From assembly GCA_017883205.1 (NCBI GenBank), contig JADGNZ010000012.1:8151-72150 (forward strand): 64,000 nucleotides of DNA, written 5' to 3'. The notes under the pieces were generated by a model. That model did no database searches. It had not been told where the DNA came from and saw nothing but the letters and a program-made list of their open reading frames with translations. Shown here piece by piece: positions 45,833 through 55,078 of the stretch (the first letter of the stretch is position 1; each line of letters opens with the position of its first letter). Both the position numbers and the translations under genes were made by a program. This DNA is from Thermoanaerobaculia bacterium. GTDB lineage: Bacteria; Acidobacteriota; Thermoanaerobaculia; Gp7-AA8.

Positions 45833-46055
45833 AGGATTATAGCGGGAGTGGGGAGTGGGGAGTGGGGGGTGGGGAGTGGGGGAATCAGAGATCAGAGTCT
45901 GACGAGTCTCTCGTCTCTTGTTTCTGGTCTCTTGTTTCTGGTCTCTTGTCTCTGATCTCTCGTCCCTGATCTCTGATCTCTTGTCTCTGATCTCTTGTCT
46001 CTGATTCTCCCACCCCCCACATCCCACTCCCCACCCCCACTCCCACCCCCTGCTA
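45833..46055. repeat. family A palindromic element (GGGAGTGGGG arm, (GA)TCTCTGATCTC tandem core, CCCCACTCCC arm) in a divergent promoter region
   Basis: gggagtggggagtggggagtggggggtgggg ... gatcagagatcagag...ctcttgtctctgatctct... ... cccaccccccacatcccactccccacccccactcccaccccc. It lies between the kinase start (45818) and the yjbQ start (46067). Confidence 0.75.
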
Positions 46056-46066
46056 CCATTCTCCCC

Positions 46067-46468
46067 ATGCTCCGCGAGCAATCCTTCTCCGTTCGCACCA
46101 CCGCGCGGGAGCAGATCCTTCTCATCACGCCGGACGTGCAGGGTGCGCTCAGCGCGCTGACACTCAGCGACGGCATCGCCACGATCATCGTGCCGCACAC
46201 GACGTGCGCCATCTCGGTCAATGAGAACGCCGATCCCGACGTTCCTGCCGACCTGACGAAAGCGTTGCGCGCGCTCGTCCCGAAAGTCCGCTTCGCGCAC
46301 GGCGAAGGAAACTCCGATGCGCATTTCCTCTCGCTGCTCATCGGCACATCCCTCTCCTGGCCCTATCGGAACGGCCAACTGATCCTCGGCACGTGGCAAG
46401 GCATCTATTTCATAGAGCTCGACGGTCCTCGGCCCGCCAGAAAGGTCACTGTGTATGTCAATGGCTAA
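46067..46468 (+). CDS. YjbQ/UPF0047 family protein (secondary thiamine-phosphate synthase-like)
   Basis: The UPF0047 pattern TTCAISVNENADPDV...HFLSLLIGTSLSWPYRNGQLILGTWQGIYFIELDGPR. The ATG at 46067 is used. The track ORF start at 45995 lies inside the repeat. Confidence 0.7.
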   Translation: MLREQSFSVRTTAREQILLITPDVQGALSALTLSDGIATIIVPHTTCAISVNENADPDVPADLTKALRALVPKVRFAHGEGNSDAHFLSLLIGTSLSWPYRNGQLILGTWQGIYFIELDGPRPARKVTVYVNG

Positions 46469-47300
46469 GCAGGCAGTGAAAGTGGTCGCGCATCGCGGCA
46501 TGGGTCAGAGGTTCGTCCAGATGGATGCGCCCCCCGAGAACACGCTTCCGGCGTTCATCGAGGGATGGAGGATCGCCGGCGCCTGCGAGCTCGACGTCCA
46601 TCTCACGAAAGATGGTCAGGTCATCGTGATTCATGACGACACGACGGACCGCACCACCAACGCTAACTGGACGGTGCGCGATCGTTTCGCCAACGAGCTT
46701 CGCGGACTCGACGCCGGCCGCTGGAAGGCGCAGAAGTGGGCGGGAACACGGCTGCCGCTGCTCGAAGACGTGCTCGATGCCATGCCCCATGCCGTGGACG
46801 ATGCCTGCGAGCTGTTCATCGAGCTGAAAGACGGGCCGCAGGTTGTGCCGCCCACCGCGGAGCTCGTGCGGCAATCGGGCAAGGCGCCGAGCGTCGTGCT
46901 CATCAGCTTCGACATCGACACGATCATCGCAGCAAAGCACGAGCTGCCGGACAACGACTGCCTCCTCATCGTCGTCTTCGAAGCGGACTACGACAACGGC
47001 CGCTGGAACGTGCTCTACGACGAGGGCCCAGGCTTCCGCACCGTGACGAAGACGTTCGTCGAAGACGATCTGATCGCGCTGGTGAAGCAGTACGACCTGA
47101 ACGGCATCGACACCAGCTTCGCCGTGCCCCCATCGCTGATCACGCGGCTGCGCGATGAGAACCTCCGCTCAGTCGTCTGGACCGTCGATGAGCCGTCGAT
47201 CGCACTGGACATGGTCCGACTCGGCATCCACACGATCACGACCGACAGACCCGGCCCGATCCGCGAGGCGCTGATCGCTGCGGGGTACGAAGTGCGGTAA
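46455..47300 (+). CDS. glycerophosphodiester phosphodiesterase family protein
   Basis: VVAHRGMGQ...ENTLPAF...ELDVHLTKDGQVIVIHDDT are GDPD catalytic motifs. Confidence 0.75.
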   Translation: MSMAKQAVKVVAHRGMGQRFVQMDAPPENTLPAFIEGWRIAGACELDVHLTKDGQVIVIHDDTTDRTTNANWTVRDRFANELRGLDAGRWKAQKWAGTRLPLLEDVLDAMPHAVDDACELFIELKDGPQVVPPTAELVRQSGKAPSVVLISFDIDTIIAAKHELPDNDCLLIVVFEADYDNGRWNVLYDEGPGFRTVTKTFVEDDLIALVKQYDLNGIDTSFAVPPSLITRLRDENLRSVVWTVDEPSIALDMVRLGIHTITTDRPGPIREALIAAGYEVR

Positions 47301-47317
47301 GAGGAGAGACGATCACC

Positions 47318-47400
47318 ACAGAGACACAGAGATCACCGAGAGCTCAATGCAACTCTGTGTCCTCAGTGCCTCTGTGGTGAAATGCTTTTGAACATGCCTG
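47318..47400. repeat. family C palindromic element with conserved 3' tail
   Basis: gatcaccacagagacacagagatcaccgagagctcaatgcaactctgtgtcctcagtgcctctgtggtgaaatgcttttgaacatgcc. Compare 29768-29850. Confidence 0.7.
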
Positions 47401-48824
47401 AATCGTTCGACGTCGTCGTCATCGGCGGCGGTACTGCCGGACTCGTGACCGCCTCCGGCTGCGCGCGCCTCGGGCGCAAGGTCGCGCTCATCGAGCGCGA
47501 GAAGCTCGGCGGCGACTGCCTCTGGACCGGCTGCGTTCCGACGAAAGCACTCGTGGCCTCGGCACGTCTCGCTCACCAGCTGCGACATGCCGATGCCTAC
47601 GGACTCGAGCCGCAGTCTGTGCGCGTGACGCCGAAGTCCGTCATGGATTCGATGCGCGCGCAGCGCCACTCCATCGAGCATCACGACGACCCCGCCAAGT
47701 TCCGCGCGCTCGGCATCGACGTCATCTTCGGCAACGCCAAACTCATCTCGCGAAAGGAAGTCGACGTCGACGGACGCCGCCTCATCGCCAAAGACATCGT
47801 CATCGCTACCGGCACCCGCACCTCCATCCCGCCGGTCGAAGGTCTGGCCGAGAACGGCTTCCTCGATCACGTCTCCTTCCTCAATCAGGACTCATTTCCC
47901 TCATCGCTACTAATCCTCGGCGGCGGCTACATCGGCATCGAATTCGCCCAGATCTTCCGCCGCTTCGGCAGCGAAGTCGTTGTCGTCGAGATGCTCGATG
48001 AGATCATCAACAAGGAAGACGCCGACGTGATCGCGCGCCTCCGCCGCATTCTCGGCGACGAGGGGATCGACATCCGCAGCGGCTGGGGCGCCAAGTCCGT
48101 GCGTCTCGACGCAGGTAAGAAAGTCGTCCGCATCGAGAACAAGCTCGGCGAGACGAAGGAGCTGCGCGTCGATGAGATCTTCGTCGCCAGCGGCCGCCGC
48201 GCAAACACGGAGAACCTCGGGCTCGAAGCCGCCGGCGTCAAAACCAACCGCGGATTCGTCGTCGTCGACAAGTACCTGCAGACGTCCGTCCCGCGCATCT
48301 GGGCTTGCGGCGACGTTCACGGCGGCATGCAGTTCACGCACGTCGCCGCGTACGAAGCGGTGAAGCTCGTGCGGAACATGCTCTTCCCCGGCCGCTCGCC
48401 CGTCAGCTACGACAACATCCCATGGGGTCTGTACACCGACCCCGAGGTGGGCCACATCGGCATGACCGAATCGGAGGCGAAGACAGCGCTCGGCGCGGAG
48501 AACGTTCGTTGCTACAGCGTCGAGATGGCCGAGGTCGACCGAGCGGTCGTCGATCGAACGACGGGGGGATTCGTGAAACTCGTCTGCGACAAACGCGGCC
48601 GCATCCTCGGCGCCCACGCACTCTGCGCCAACGCCTCAACCCTGATCGAGACGCTCGTCCTGGCGCGGCAGAAAAAGATGACCGTCGCCCAGCTCGCGGG
48701 CCTCGTCTCTCCCTACCCATCCCTCGCCGACGCCCTCGGAAAAGCTGCGTCGATGTACTACCAGGATGTGGCGAAGGGGTGGTTGGGTAAAGTCGGAAAG
48801 AAGATCGCAAAGTGGTCGCAGTAG
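47394..48824 (+). CDS. FAD-dependent pyridine nucleotide-disulfide oxidoreductase (class I; Lpd/MerA/glutathione-reductase family)
   Basis: FDVVVIGGGTAG, redox-active disulfide GGDCLWTGCVPTK, NAD-binding LLILGGGYIG, and a C-terminal dimerisation domain with HPS-like motif. Confidence 0.75.
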   Translation: MPESFDVVVIGGGTAGLVTASGCARLGRKVALIEREKLGGDCLWTGCVPTKALVASARLAHQLRHADAYGLEPQSVRVTPKSVMDSMRAQRHSIEHHDDPAKFRALGIDVIFGNAKLISRKEVDVDGRRLIAKDIVIATGTRTSIPPVEGLAENGFLDHVSFLNQDSFPSSLLILGGGYIGIEFAQIFRRFGSEVVVVEMLDEIINKEDADVIARLRRILGDEGIDIRSGWGAKSVRLDAGKKVVRIENKLGETKELRVDEIFVASGRRANTENLGLEAAGVKTNRGFVVVDKYLQTSVPRIWACGDVHGGMQFTHVAAYEAVKLVRNMLFPGRSPVSYDNIPWGLYTDPEVGHIGMTESEAKTALGAENVRCYSVEMAEVDRAVVDRTTGGFVKLVCDKRGRILGAHALCANASTLIETLVLARQKKMTVAQLAGLVSPYPSLADALGKAASMYYQDVAKGWLGKVGKKIAKWSQ

Positions 48825-48903
48825 GAACCTCAAAAGCTACTCCCCACGACACAAAGAGCCCATTCGCACTAGAATCACTCGAATTTTGCAAGACGGAGGC
48901 TTT

Positions 48904-49464
48904 ATGAAGAAACTTCTTGTAGTTCCGATCGCGCTTCTCTTCCTCGCCTGCGGCCACAGCAAGGGCCCGATGGCAAACGCCACAATCGATTCGACCAGCG
49001 GGTCGACTGCAAAAGGGACGGTTCATTTCCAGGATGCCGGCGAGAACGGCGTGGAAGTGGTCGTCGACCTCACCGGTGTTCCTCCGGGCGTCCACGGATT
49101 CCATGTTCACGAGAAGGGCGACTGCGGCAACAACGCGCAGAATGCAGGCGGTCACTTCAATCCCAACGGAATGGTTCACGGCGCACCCGATGCCGTCTCG
49201 CATCACGCCGGCGATTTCGGCAACGTAACTGCCGACGACAAGGGTGAGGTCCACACGCGCTTCACGACGCACTCGATCTCGATCAACACCGGCACGAACG
49301 CCGTCGTTGGCCATGCGGTCGTACTTCACGGCAACCCGGACGATCTCGTCTCGCAGCCCGCTGGCAATGCCGGCCCGCGCATCGGCTGCGGCGTGGTCAC
49401 GCTCGCGAACGCGGTCGCATCCGTGAACGGGCCCATGATGTTTCCCGCCAGGCGGACGACATGA
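48904..49464 (+). CDS. sodC: Cu/Zn superoxide dismutase, lipoprotein
   Basis: GFHVHEKGDCG...GGHFNP...HHAGDFGN...GNAGPRIGCGVV. Lipobox LLFLAC. An ATG at 48904 with a GGAGG ribosome-binding site. The track start at 48766 is an extension. Confidence 0.85.
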   Translation: MKKLLVVPIALLFLACGHSKGPMANATIDSTSGSTAKGTVHFQDAGENGVEVVVDLTGVPPGVHGFHVHEKGDCGNNAQNAGGHFNPNGMVHGAPDAVSHHAGDFGNVTADDKGEVHTRFTTHSISINTGTNAVVGHAVVLHGNPDDLVSQPAGNAGPRIGCGVVTLANAVASVNGPMMFPARRTT

Positions 49465-49937
49465 GGTGGCTCGCCTTCATCGCACTGCTGGTCGTTCCGA
49501 TCGCCTGCGCCACGCGTCAGCCCGGGACAACGAAGAGCAAGACCACGCGCGGACATGGGGCGATCGAACTAACTGTCACACCGAGCCCGGTGCTTGCCAA
49601 CAACACCGGTGGCAGTGGATATGAGTTCCCGCTCGACGTCGTCGTGAAAGAAACCGGCGGTCATCCGGTGACCATCGACCGCGTCACCGCAAACGTCTAC
49701 GCGGGCGGCGGCATCTCCGTGGCGAGCGAATCCTACGACGCGCCGAAGATCCAATCCCTCGGCTTCGCCACCTCGATTCCGGCCAAAGGCGAGCTGCACT
49801 ACCACTTCAATCCAAAGAAAGACATCACCGACACGAGCGTCTTTTCATCCGTCTACGGCGACGTCCGCGTCGAAGCGATCGACGACAATGGCTCCCGAGT
49901 CAGCTCGACGACGACGATCACGGTGAGAAAAAAATAG
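49461..49937 (+). CDS. hypothetical lipoprotein co-transcribed with sodC
   Basis: Lipobox VVPIAC. Overlaps the sodC stop (ATGA). Confidence 0.5.
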   Translation: MRWLAFIALLVVPIACATRQPGTTKSKTTRGHGAIELTVTPSPVLANNTGGSGYEFPLDVVVKETGGHPVTIDRVTANVYAGGGISVASESYDAPKIQSLGFATSIPAKGELHYHFNPKKDITDTSVFSSVYGDVRVEAIDDNGSRVSSTTTITVRKK

Positions 49938-49954
49938 CGCTTCGCGCGTTGGGT

Positions 49955-50355
49955 TAGTGCGCTTCGCGCGTTGTCGGTTGTCGGTTGTCGGTTGGTGCCA
50001 ACTGGCGCACAACGCAATCGACCGGCTAGCTCGCCACTCTTATCCGCAGCTCCTTCCAATCGAGCGCCTTCTCCCCCACGCTTTTTGTGGGGGAGAAGGT
50101 GGCGAAGCCGGATGAGGGGGCGTTGCAAGATGGGACAAAACAAGTTCTTTGCGAGCGTGACCCGTTTGAAAAAACGTCCGTGCCCGGTGTTTGTGCAACG
50201 TTGACGCGACAGTCAAACGCCCCCTCATCCGCCTTCGGCACCTTCTCCCCCACTGAGAAGCGTGGGGGAGAAGGCGCTCGATTGGAAAGCGCGCCAGTTG
50301 GCACTCAACAGACAACGGACAACCGACAACGGACAACCGACAACCGACAACGCGC
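49955..50355. mobile_element. second composite family D MITE-like element, nested inside an outer inverted repeat of CGTTGTCGGTTGTCGG units
   Basis: Outer inverted repeat at 49956-50000 and 50288-50355. Inner hairpins ccttctcccccacgctttttgtgggggagaagg (50060-50092) and caccttctcccccactgagaagcgtgggggagaagg (50240-50275). It carries the ggtggcgaagccggatgagggggcgttgcaag module. Confidence 0.65.
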
Positions 50356-50376
50356 CGCCCCCAGGGCGGCGCAATA

Positions 50377-53199
50377 TCACTCCACCCATTTCGCAATAAA
50401 CAGATTCATCTCGTGGCTGTCCGGCTTCGCTCGGCCGGATGCCCAGATGAGGTACTGCCCGTCGGGGCTGAAGACGCAGAATCCGTCGAAACCTGGTGCG
50501 GTCGTGATGCGCTCCAGTCCCTGCCCGTCCTTCCCGATCGTCCAGAGATCGAAGTTGAATCCGGTGTTGTTCACGTTCGACGCGAAGATCAATCGCTTCC
50601 CGTCGTTCATGAAGTAGGGGCAGAAGTTCGCGGCGCCGTTGTGCGTGACCTGCCGCTCGTTCGTGCCGTCGGCGTTCATCAGGAAGAGCTCCATGTGCAG
50701 CGGCTTGACCAGTCCCTGCGCCAGCAGCGCGCGGTCTTCCACGAGCGCCGGACCGATCGGACGATTGGCGCGCCAGACGATCTCCGTGCAATCGGCGTTG
50801 TAGAACGCGCCGCCGTCGTAGCCGGGCGCGTTGGTCAGCCGCTTGACCTTCCCGCTCGCCTCGTCCATCTCGTACAGCTCCAGATCGCCATCGCGCATCG
50901 ACGTGAAAATCATCTTCCCGCCGCGATGGCACCACGTCATCTCCGCGTCGTAGCCCTCGGTCGTGGTGATCTTCTTGGGATTCGAGCCATCGACATTCGC
51001 TTCGACGACGTCGAACGATTTGTACACCGGCCAGACATAACCCTTCGACATATCCGGCCGCGGCGGACAGGCTGCGTCACCCCCTTCCGTGGTCGCATAC
51101 ACGATGCGATCGCCTTGTGGATAGCGGTAGTAGCCGCACGTCGTGCGCCCTTTGCCGCTCGAGACCAGCTTCGTCTCGCCGGTGACGAGATCCATCGTGT
51201 ACTCCTGATCGCATTCCGCGCCGGGCACGGTGGCCTGATAAATGATCTTTGTCCCGTCGGGGCTGAAGTACGCCTCGGCGTTCTCGCCGCCGAACGTGAG
51301 CTGGCGGATGTCTTTCAAGTGCTTCTCGCCTTCGAACGTCTTGTCGTACGGCTTGCCTGCACCGATGACGAGTGGCTTTGCAGGCGCAGGCGGATTGGCC
51401 GGCGGAGCGGCTGGCGGAACGCCGCCACGTGTGCTCAGCGTCGCGCGCAACGTCGTCCGCACTCCGGCGCGCATCACGACGATGTCGACCGTGTCGCCCG
51501 GCTTGTGATCCTGCAGCGCGTAGCTCATGTCGTACAGGTTCTCGATGCGCGTGCCGCCGATGTCGACGATGCGGTCGCCGCCCTTGATTCCCGCCTTGTC
51601 CGCAGGCGAGCCGCCGCGCACGTCCGACAGCAGCACGCCGCCGGTCGTTGCGTCCATCGCCGAGTAGTCGGGCACCGTGCCGAGGTATGCGCCGTAGCCG
51701 CGGCTGTCTCCTTGCATCATCGGAGCGGTCGAAGCGCGTGCGTACTGCGGCGTCACTTCGCCGCGCGCGAGCGGCGCCATCACGGCGGCGATCACTTTCA
51801 CCACGCGCGCCTCACCCGCGAAGTTGACTGAATCAGCGACATCCTCGGGTGTGTGATAGCGCTCGTGCGCGCCGGTGAAGAAGTGCAGCACCGGAACGTG
51901 CGCGGCGTAGAAGCTCGTCTGGTCCGACGGCCCGTATCCGTCGCCCGTCTCGGTGATTTTGAGATTTGATCCCGCGCCTGCCGCATTGACGAGCGCTTTC
52001 CACTCCGCCGCCGAGTCGGTGCCGAACGCTGTGATCTTGTCTTCGCGTAGCGCGCCGATCATGTCGAGATTGACCATCGCCACGATGTGGTCCATCGGCA
52101 CGGGCGGGTGATTGGCGAAATAGCCAGAGCCGGCCAGCCCACGCTCTTCGCCGGAGAAAAGCGCGAAGTAAATCGTCCGTCGGTTCTTGGCGTTCGCCAA
52201 CGAGTCGCGCAGCAACTCCGCCGCGTTCAGAACGCCGGCATCGCCGGAAGCGTTGTCATCCGCGCCGGGATGAATAGCGCGAACGTTCGGCTTCATCGAG
52301 CCTTCGCCGCCGTATCCGAGGTGATCGTAGTGGGCGCCGAGAACGACGATCTGTTCTCTGAGAGCGCCGCGACCGGGGAGCACGCCGACAAGGTTCTCGC
52401 CGTTGTCGAACTGCGGTGTGATGTCAGCAACGCCGCTGATGATCTTGCCGACCGCTTTCGAACGCGGCTTCAGATCGAGATCGACATCCTTCTGAAACTG
52501 CGCCAGGTCGATGCCCGAATCCTTGAGCCAGCTCTGTGCGACCGAGGTCTGCACCTGGATGACCGGGATGCCGGCAGGACTCTCCGGCCCGTCGTTCATG
52601 AGGCGCGGGATCTTGTCTTTTCCCTCGTCCTGAATCGGTCCGGTGACGAATACGACTGCAACCGCGCCGCGCTCGCGCGCCTTCAAAACCTTGTAACGCA
52701 TCGCCGACCAACGGCTCGGCTTGCGGCCATCGAACTTCGAGTTGTCGTCCTTCTCCTGCGGCTCGTAGCGCAGCATCAGCGCGACTTTGCCTTTGAGATC
52801 GACGCCATCGAAGTCGTTGTAGCCGATCGGCGTAGCGTCGATGCCGTAGCCGACGAACACGAGCGGACCGGAAAACGCTCCGGCGCTGGAGAACCCCAGC
52901 GGCAGCCACGCCGAAGGATCAACGCCCTCGAGCTTGTTGCCACTACCGAGCGAAACGCCAACCTTCACCGGAAAGGGCTGTCGGTACGACTTGCCGAACG
53001 CCGACTGCAACCCGAGCGCGTGCAGCCGCCCCTCGATGTAATCCGCCGCCAGGCCGATGCCCTTCGTGCCGAGGCCGCGGCCCTCCATGTTCGGGGCAGC
53101 AAGCGTCCGGATGTCGGTCTCGATCGATTTGGTCAGCTTGGCGTCATCTGCCAACGCGGTCGCACACACGAGCAGCAGCAAAAGAATCATTCGTTTCAT
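50377..53199 (-). CDS. secreted multidomain peptidase: M28 family aminopeptidase with PA and PDZ domains and a C-terminal TolB-like beta-propeller
   Basis: An ATG at 53199 gives signal peptide MKRMILLLLLVCATALA. M28 zinc ligands (HYDHLG...DDNASG...EERGLAGS...NLDMIG...H). PDZ (GDRIVDIGG). Repeated YxxSPDG propeller blades. Confidence 0.7.
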   Translation of the reverse strand: MKRMILLLLLVCATALADDAKLTKSIETDIRTLAAPNMEGRGLGTKGIGLAADYIEGRLHALGLQSAFGKSYRQPFPVKVGVSLGSGNKLEGVDPSAWLPLGFSSAGAFSGPLVFVGYGIDATPIGYNDFDGVDLKGKVALMLRYEPQEKDDNSKFDGRKPSRWSAMRYKVLKARERGAVAVVFVTGPIQDEGKDKIPRLMNDGPESPAGIPVIQVQTSVAQSWLKDSGIDLAQFQKDVDLDLKPRSKAVGKIISGVADITPQFDNGENLVGVLPGRGALREQIVVLGAHYDHLGYGGEGSMKPNVRAIHPGADDNASGDAGVLNAAELLRDSLANAKNRRTIYFALFSGEERGLAGSGYFANHPPVPMDHIVAMVNLDMIGALREDKITAFGTDSAAEWKALVNAAGAGSNLKITETGDGYGPSDQTSFYAAHVPVLHFFTGAHERYHTPEDVADSVNFAGEARVVKVIAAVMAPLARGEVTPQYARASTAPMMQGDSRGYGAYLGTVPDYSAMDATTGGVLLSDVRGGSPADKAGIKGGDRIVDIGGTRIENLYDMSYALQDHKPGDTVDIVVMRAGVRTTLRATLSTRGGVPPAAPPANPPAPAKPLVIGAGKPYDKTFEGEKHLKDIRQLTFGGENAEAYFSPDGTKIIYQATVPGAECDQEYTMDLVTGETKLVSSGKGRTTCGYYRYPQGDRIVYATTEGGDAACPPRPDMSKGYVWPVYKSFDVVEANVDGSNPKKITTTEGYDAEMTWCHRGGKMIFTSMRDGDLELYEMDEASGKVKRLTNAPGYDGGAFYNADCTEIVWRANRPIGPALVEDRALLAQGLVKPLHMELFLMNADGTNERQVTHNGAANFCPYFMNDGKRLIFASNVNNTGFNFDLWTIGKDGQGLERITTAPGFDGFCVFSPDGQYLIWASGRAKPDSHEMNLFIAKWVE

Positions 53200-53297
53200 C
53201 CCGCTATCGTATCTCTCCGCGGCGCGGCAGCCATAAGCGTGCTCACAACGCGATGTGACGGGACGCACTTCGGAAGAGTTTCGATATCATCCGCGGC

Positions 53298-54272
53298 ATG
53301 CCGAGTCCGATTCGCGACTTCATCCAGCACCACTACCGCCACTTCAACGCCGCCTCCCTCCGCGCTGCCGCCGACGACTACATCAAGCACATCGACGGCG
53401 GCAACAAGATGCTCCTGACGATGGCCGGGGCGATGTCGACCGCCGAGCTTGGGATCTCACTCGCCGAGATGATCCGGCAGGGCAAGATCCACGCGATTTG
53501 CTGCACCGGCGCGAACCTCGAGGAAGACATCTTCAACCTCGTCGCGCACGATCACTACGAGCGCGTGCCGGGCTATCGCTACCTGTCGGCGAACGATGAA
53601 AAGGCCTTGCTCGACCGGCACATGAACCGCGTCACCGACACCTGCATCCCCGAGGGCGAAGCGATGCGCCGGATCGAATCGGCGGTGTTGCGACACTGGA
53701 TGGCCAAAGACAAAGAAGGCCGCCGCCTCTTCCCGCACGAGTTCATGTACGAGATCCTTCGCGACGGCTCGATCAAAGAGTTCTACCAGATCGATCCGAA
53801 GAACTCCTGGATGATCGCCGCCGCCGAGAAGAACCTCCCCATGTTCGTCCCCGGCTGGGAAGACTCCACCCTCGGCAACATGTACACCGGCCACTGCATC
53901 ACCGGCGACGTCGCCAACGTCCACACCGTCCGCACCGGCATCGAATACATGATCGAGCTTGCCGACTACTACACAAAGACGACGAAGGATTCCTCCATCG
54001 GCTTCTTCCAGATCGGCGGCGGCATCGCCGGCGACTTCCCCATCTGCGTCGTCCCCATGCTCCACCAGGACCTGCAACGAACCAGCGTCCCGCTATGGGG
54101 TTACTTCTGCCAGATCAGCGACAGCACGACGAGCTTCGGGTCGTACTCCGGGGCGGTGCCGAACGAAAAGATTACGTGGGGGAAACTCGGAGTCGACACG
54201 CCGAGTCACGTGATCGAATCGGATGCGTCGATTGTCGCGCCGCTGATATTTGGGTATGTGTTGGGGTGGTAG
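53298..54272 (+). CDS. deoxyhypusine synthase-like protein
   Basis: DS family pattern: NKMLLTMAGAMSTAELG...IHAICCTGANLEED...GGGIAGDFP. Confidence 0.7.
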   Translation: MPSPIRDFIQHHYRHFNAASLRAAADDYIKHIDGGNKMLLTMAGAMSTAELGISLAEMIRQGKIHAICCTGANLEEDIFNLVAHDHYERVPGYRYLSANDEKALLDRHMNRVTDTCIPEGEAMRRIESAVLRHWMAKDKEGRRLFPHEFMYEILRDGSIKEFYQIDPKNSWMIAAAEKNLPMFVPGWEDSTLGNMYTGHCITGDVANVHTVRTGIEYMIELADYYTKTTKDSSIGFFQIGGGIAGDFPICVVPMLHQDLQRTSVPLWGYFCQISDSTTSFGSYSGAVPNEKITWGKLGVDTPSHVIESDASIVAPLIFGYVLGW

Positions 54273-54337
54273 GGATCTTCTTGAATCATTAACAGAGATC
54301 GCAGAGTTCTTTGCGGACATCCGAAGTCTGCCATGGC

Positions 54338-54450
54338 GACACTTGTGACAGGCGTGAGGGGTCAGGTCGAAAGTTGAAAGTGACGAAGGGCTATCTCGCG
54401 CAGAAGCGACAGGCAGCTTTCGTCACTTTCAACTTTCGACCTGACCCCTC
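54338..54450. repeat. long perfect hairpin, family F; bidirectional terminator candidate between convergent genes
   Basis: gcgtgaggggtcaggtcgaaagttgaaagtgacgaag...cttcgtcactttcaactttcgacctgacccctcacgc, with a stem of about 37 bp. Confidence 0.75.
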
Positions 54451-54463
54451 ACGCCCGCAGTAC

Positions 54464-55078
54464 TTAACGGGCAAACGCGCGCACGATCTCAATGAACACT
54501 TCCTGCCGCTCCCACGGAACGCGATGTCCGGCATCCTCAACGATCGCCACGCGCGCGTTGGGCGCGAGGGAGGCGGCGCGGTGCGCTTCGGCGACGTATT
54601 TGGTGTCGCGGGCGCCGGCGATCCAGAGGGTGGGGATGGTCAGTTCGTGGAGCCGCGAGGCGACTGGTGGGAGGACGGCGGATGACCATTCGCGAAGAGC
54701 GCGCGGGTCGTAGTCGGCGCGCGTGCGCGGAAGGGCGGGACCGGCGAGGATTGGCTGGGCGTTCCAGGCGTTGATGACGCTGTCCCAATCCGCGGATTCG
54801 AAGCGGTGGGCCCAGGCTTCGTCGCTGGCACGGCGGGCGTTTCGGGCGGCTTCGTCTTCGATGCCGAGGCCGGTGGAGATGAAGATGGCCCGGTCGTAGT
54901 GCGCGCCGGCGAGGAGTGCGTGCAGAGCGAGACGGCCGCCGAGCGAGTAGCCGAGAAGTGTGTCGCCGCGTGGGGGGATGGCGTCGAGCGGAGGCGTGTC
55001 GATGGCGAAGCCGGCGTCGCGCAGGAAGTTCCAGTCGCTCGGCGCGCCGAGGAAGCCGTGGAGGGCGGTGATCACCAT
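54464..55078 (-). CDS. menH: 2-succinyl-6-hydroxy-2,4-cyclohexadiene-1-carboxylate synthase-like alpha/beta hydrolase
   Basis: GYSLGGR nucleophile elbow. 204 aa from the ATG at 55078. Immediately downstream of menD. The track ORF to 55714 is an extension. Confidence 0.6.
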   Translation of the reverse strand: MVITALHGFLGAPSDWNFLRDAGFAIDTPPLDAIPPRGDTLLGYSLGGRLALHALLAGAHYDRAIFISTGLGIEDEAARNARRASDEAWAHRFESADWDSVINAWNAQPILAGPALPRTRADYDPRALREWSSAVLPPVASRLHELTIPTLWIAGARDTKYVAEAHRAASLAPNARVAIVEDAGHRVPWERQEVFIEIVRAFAR

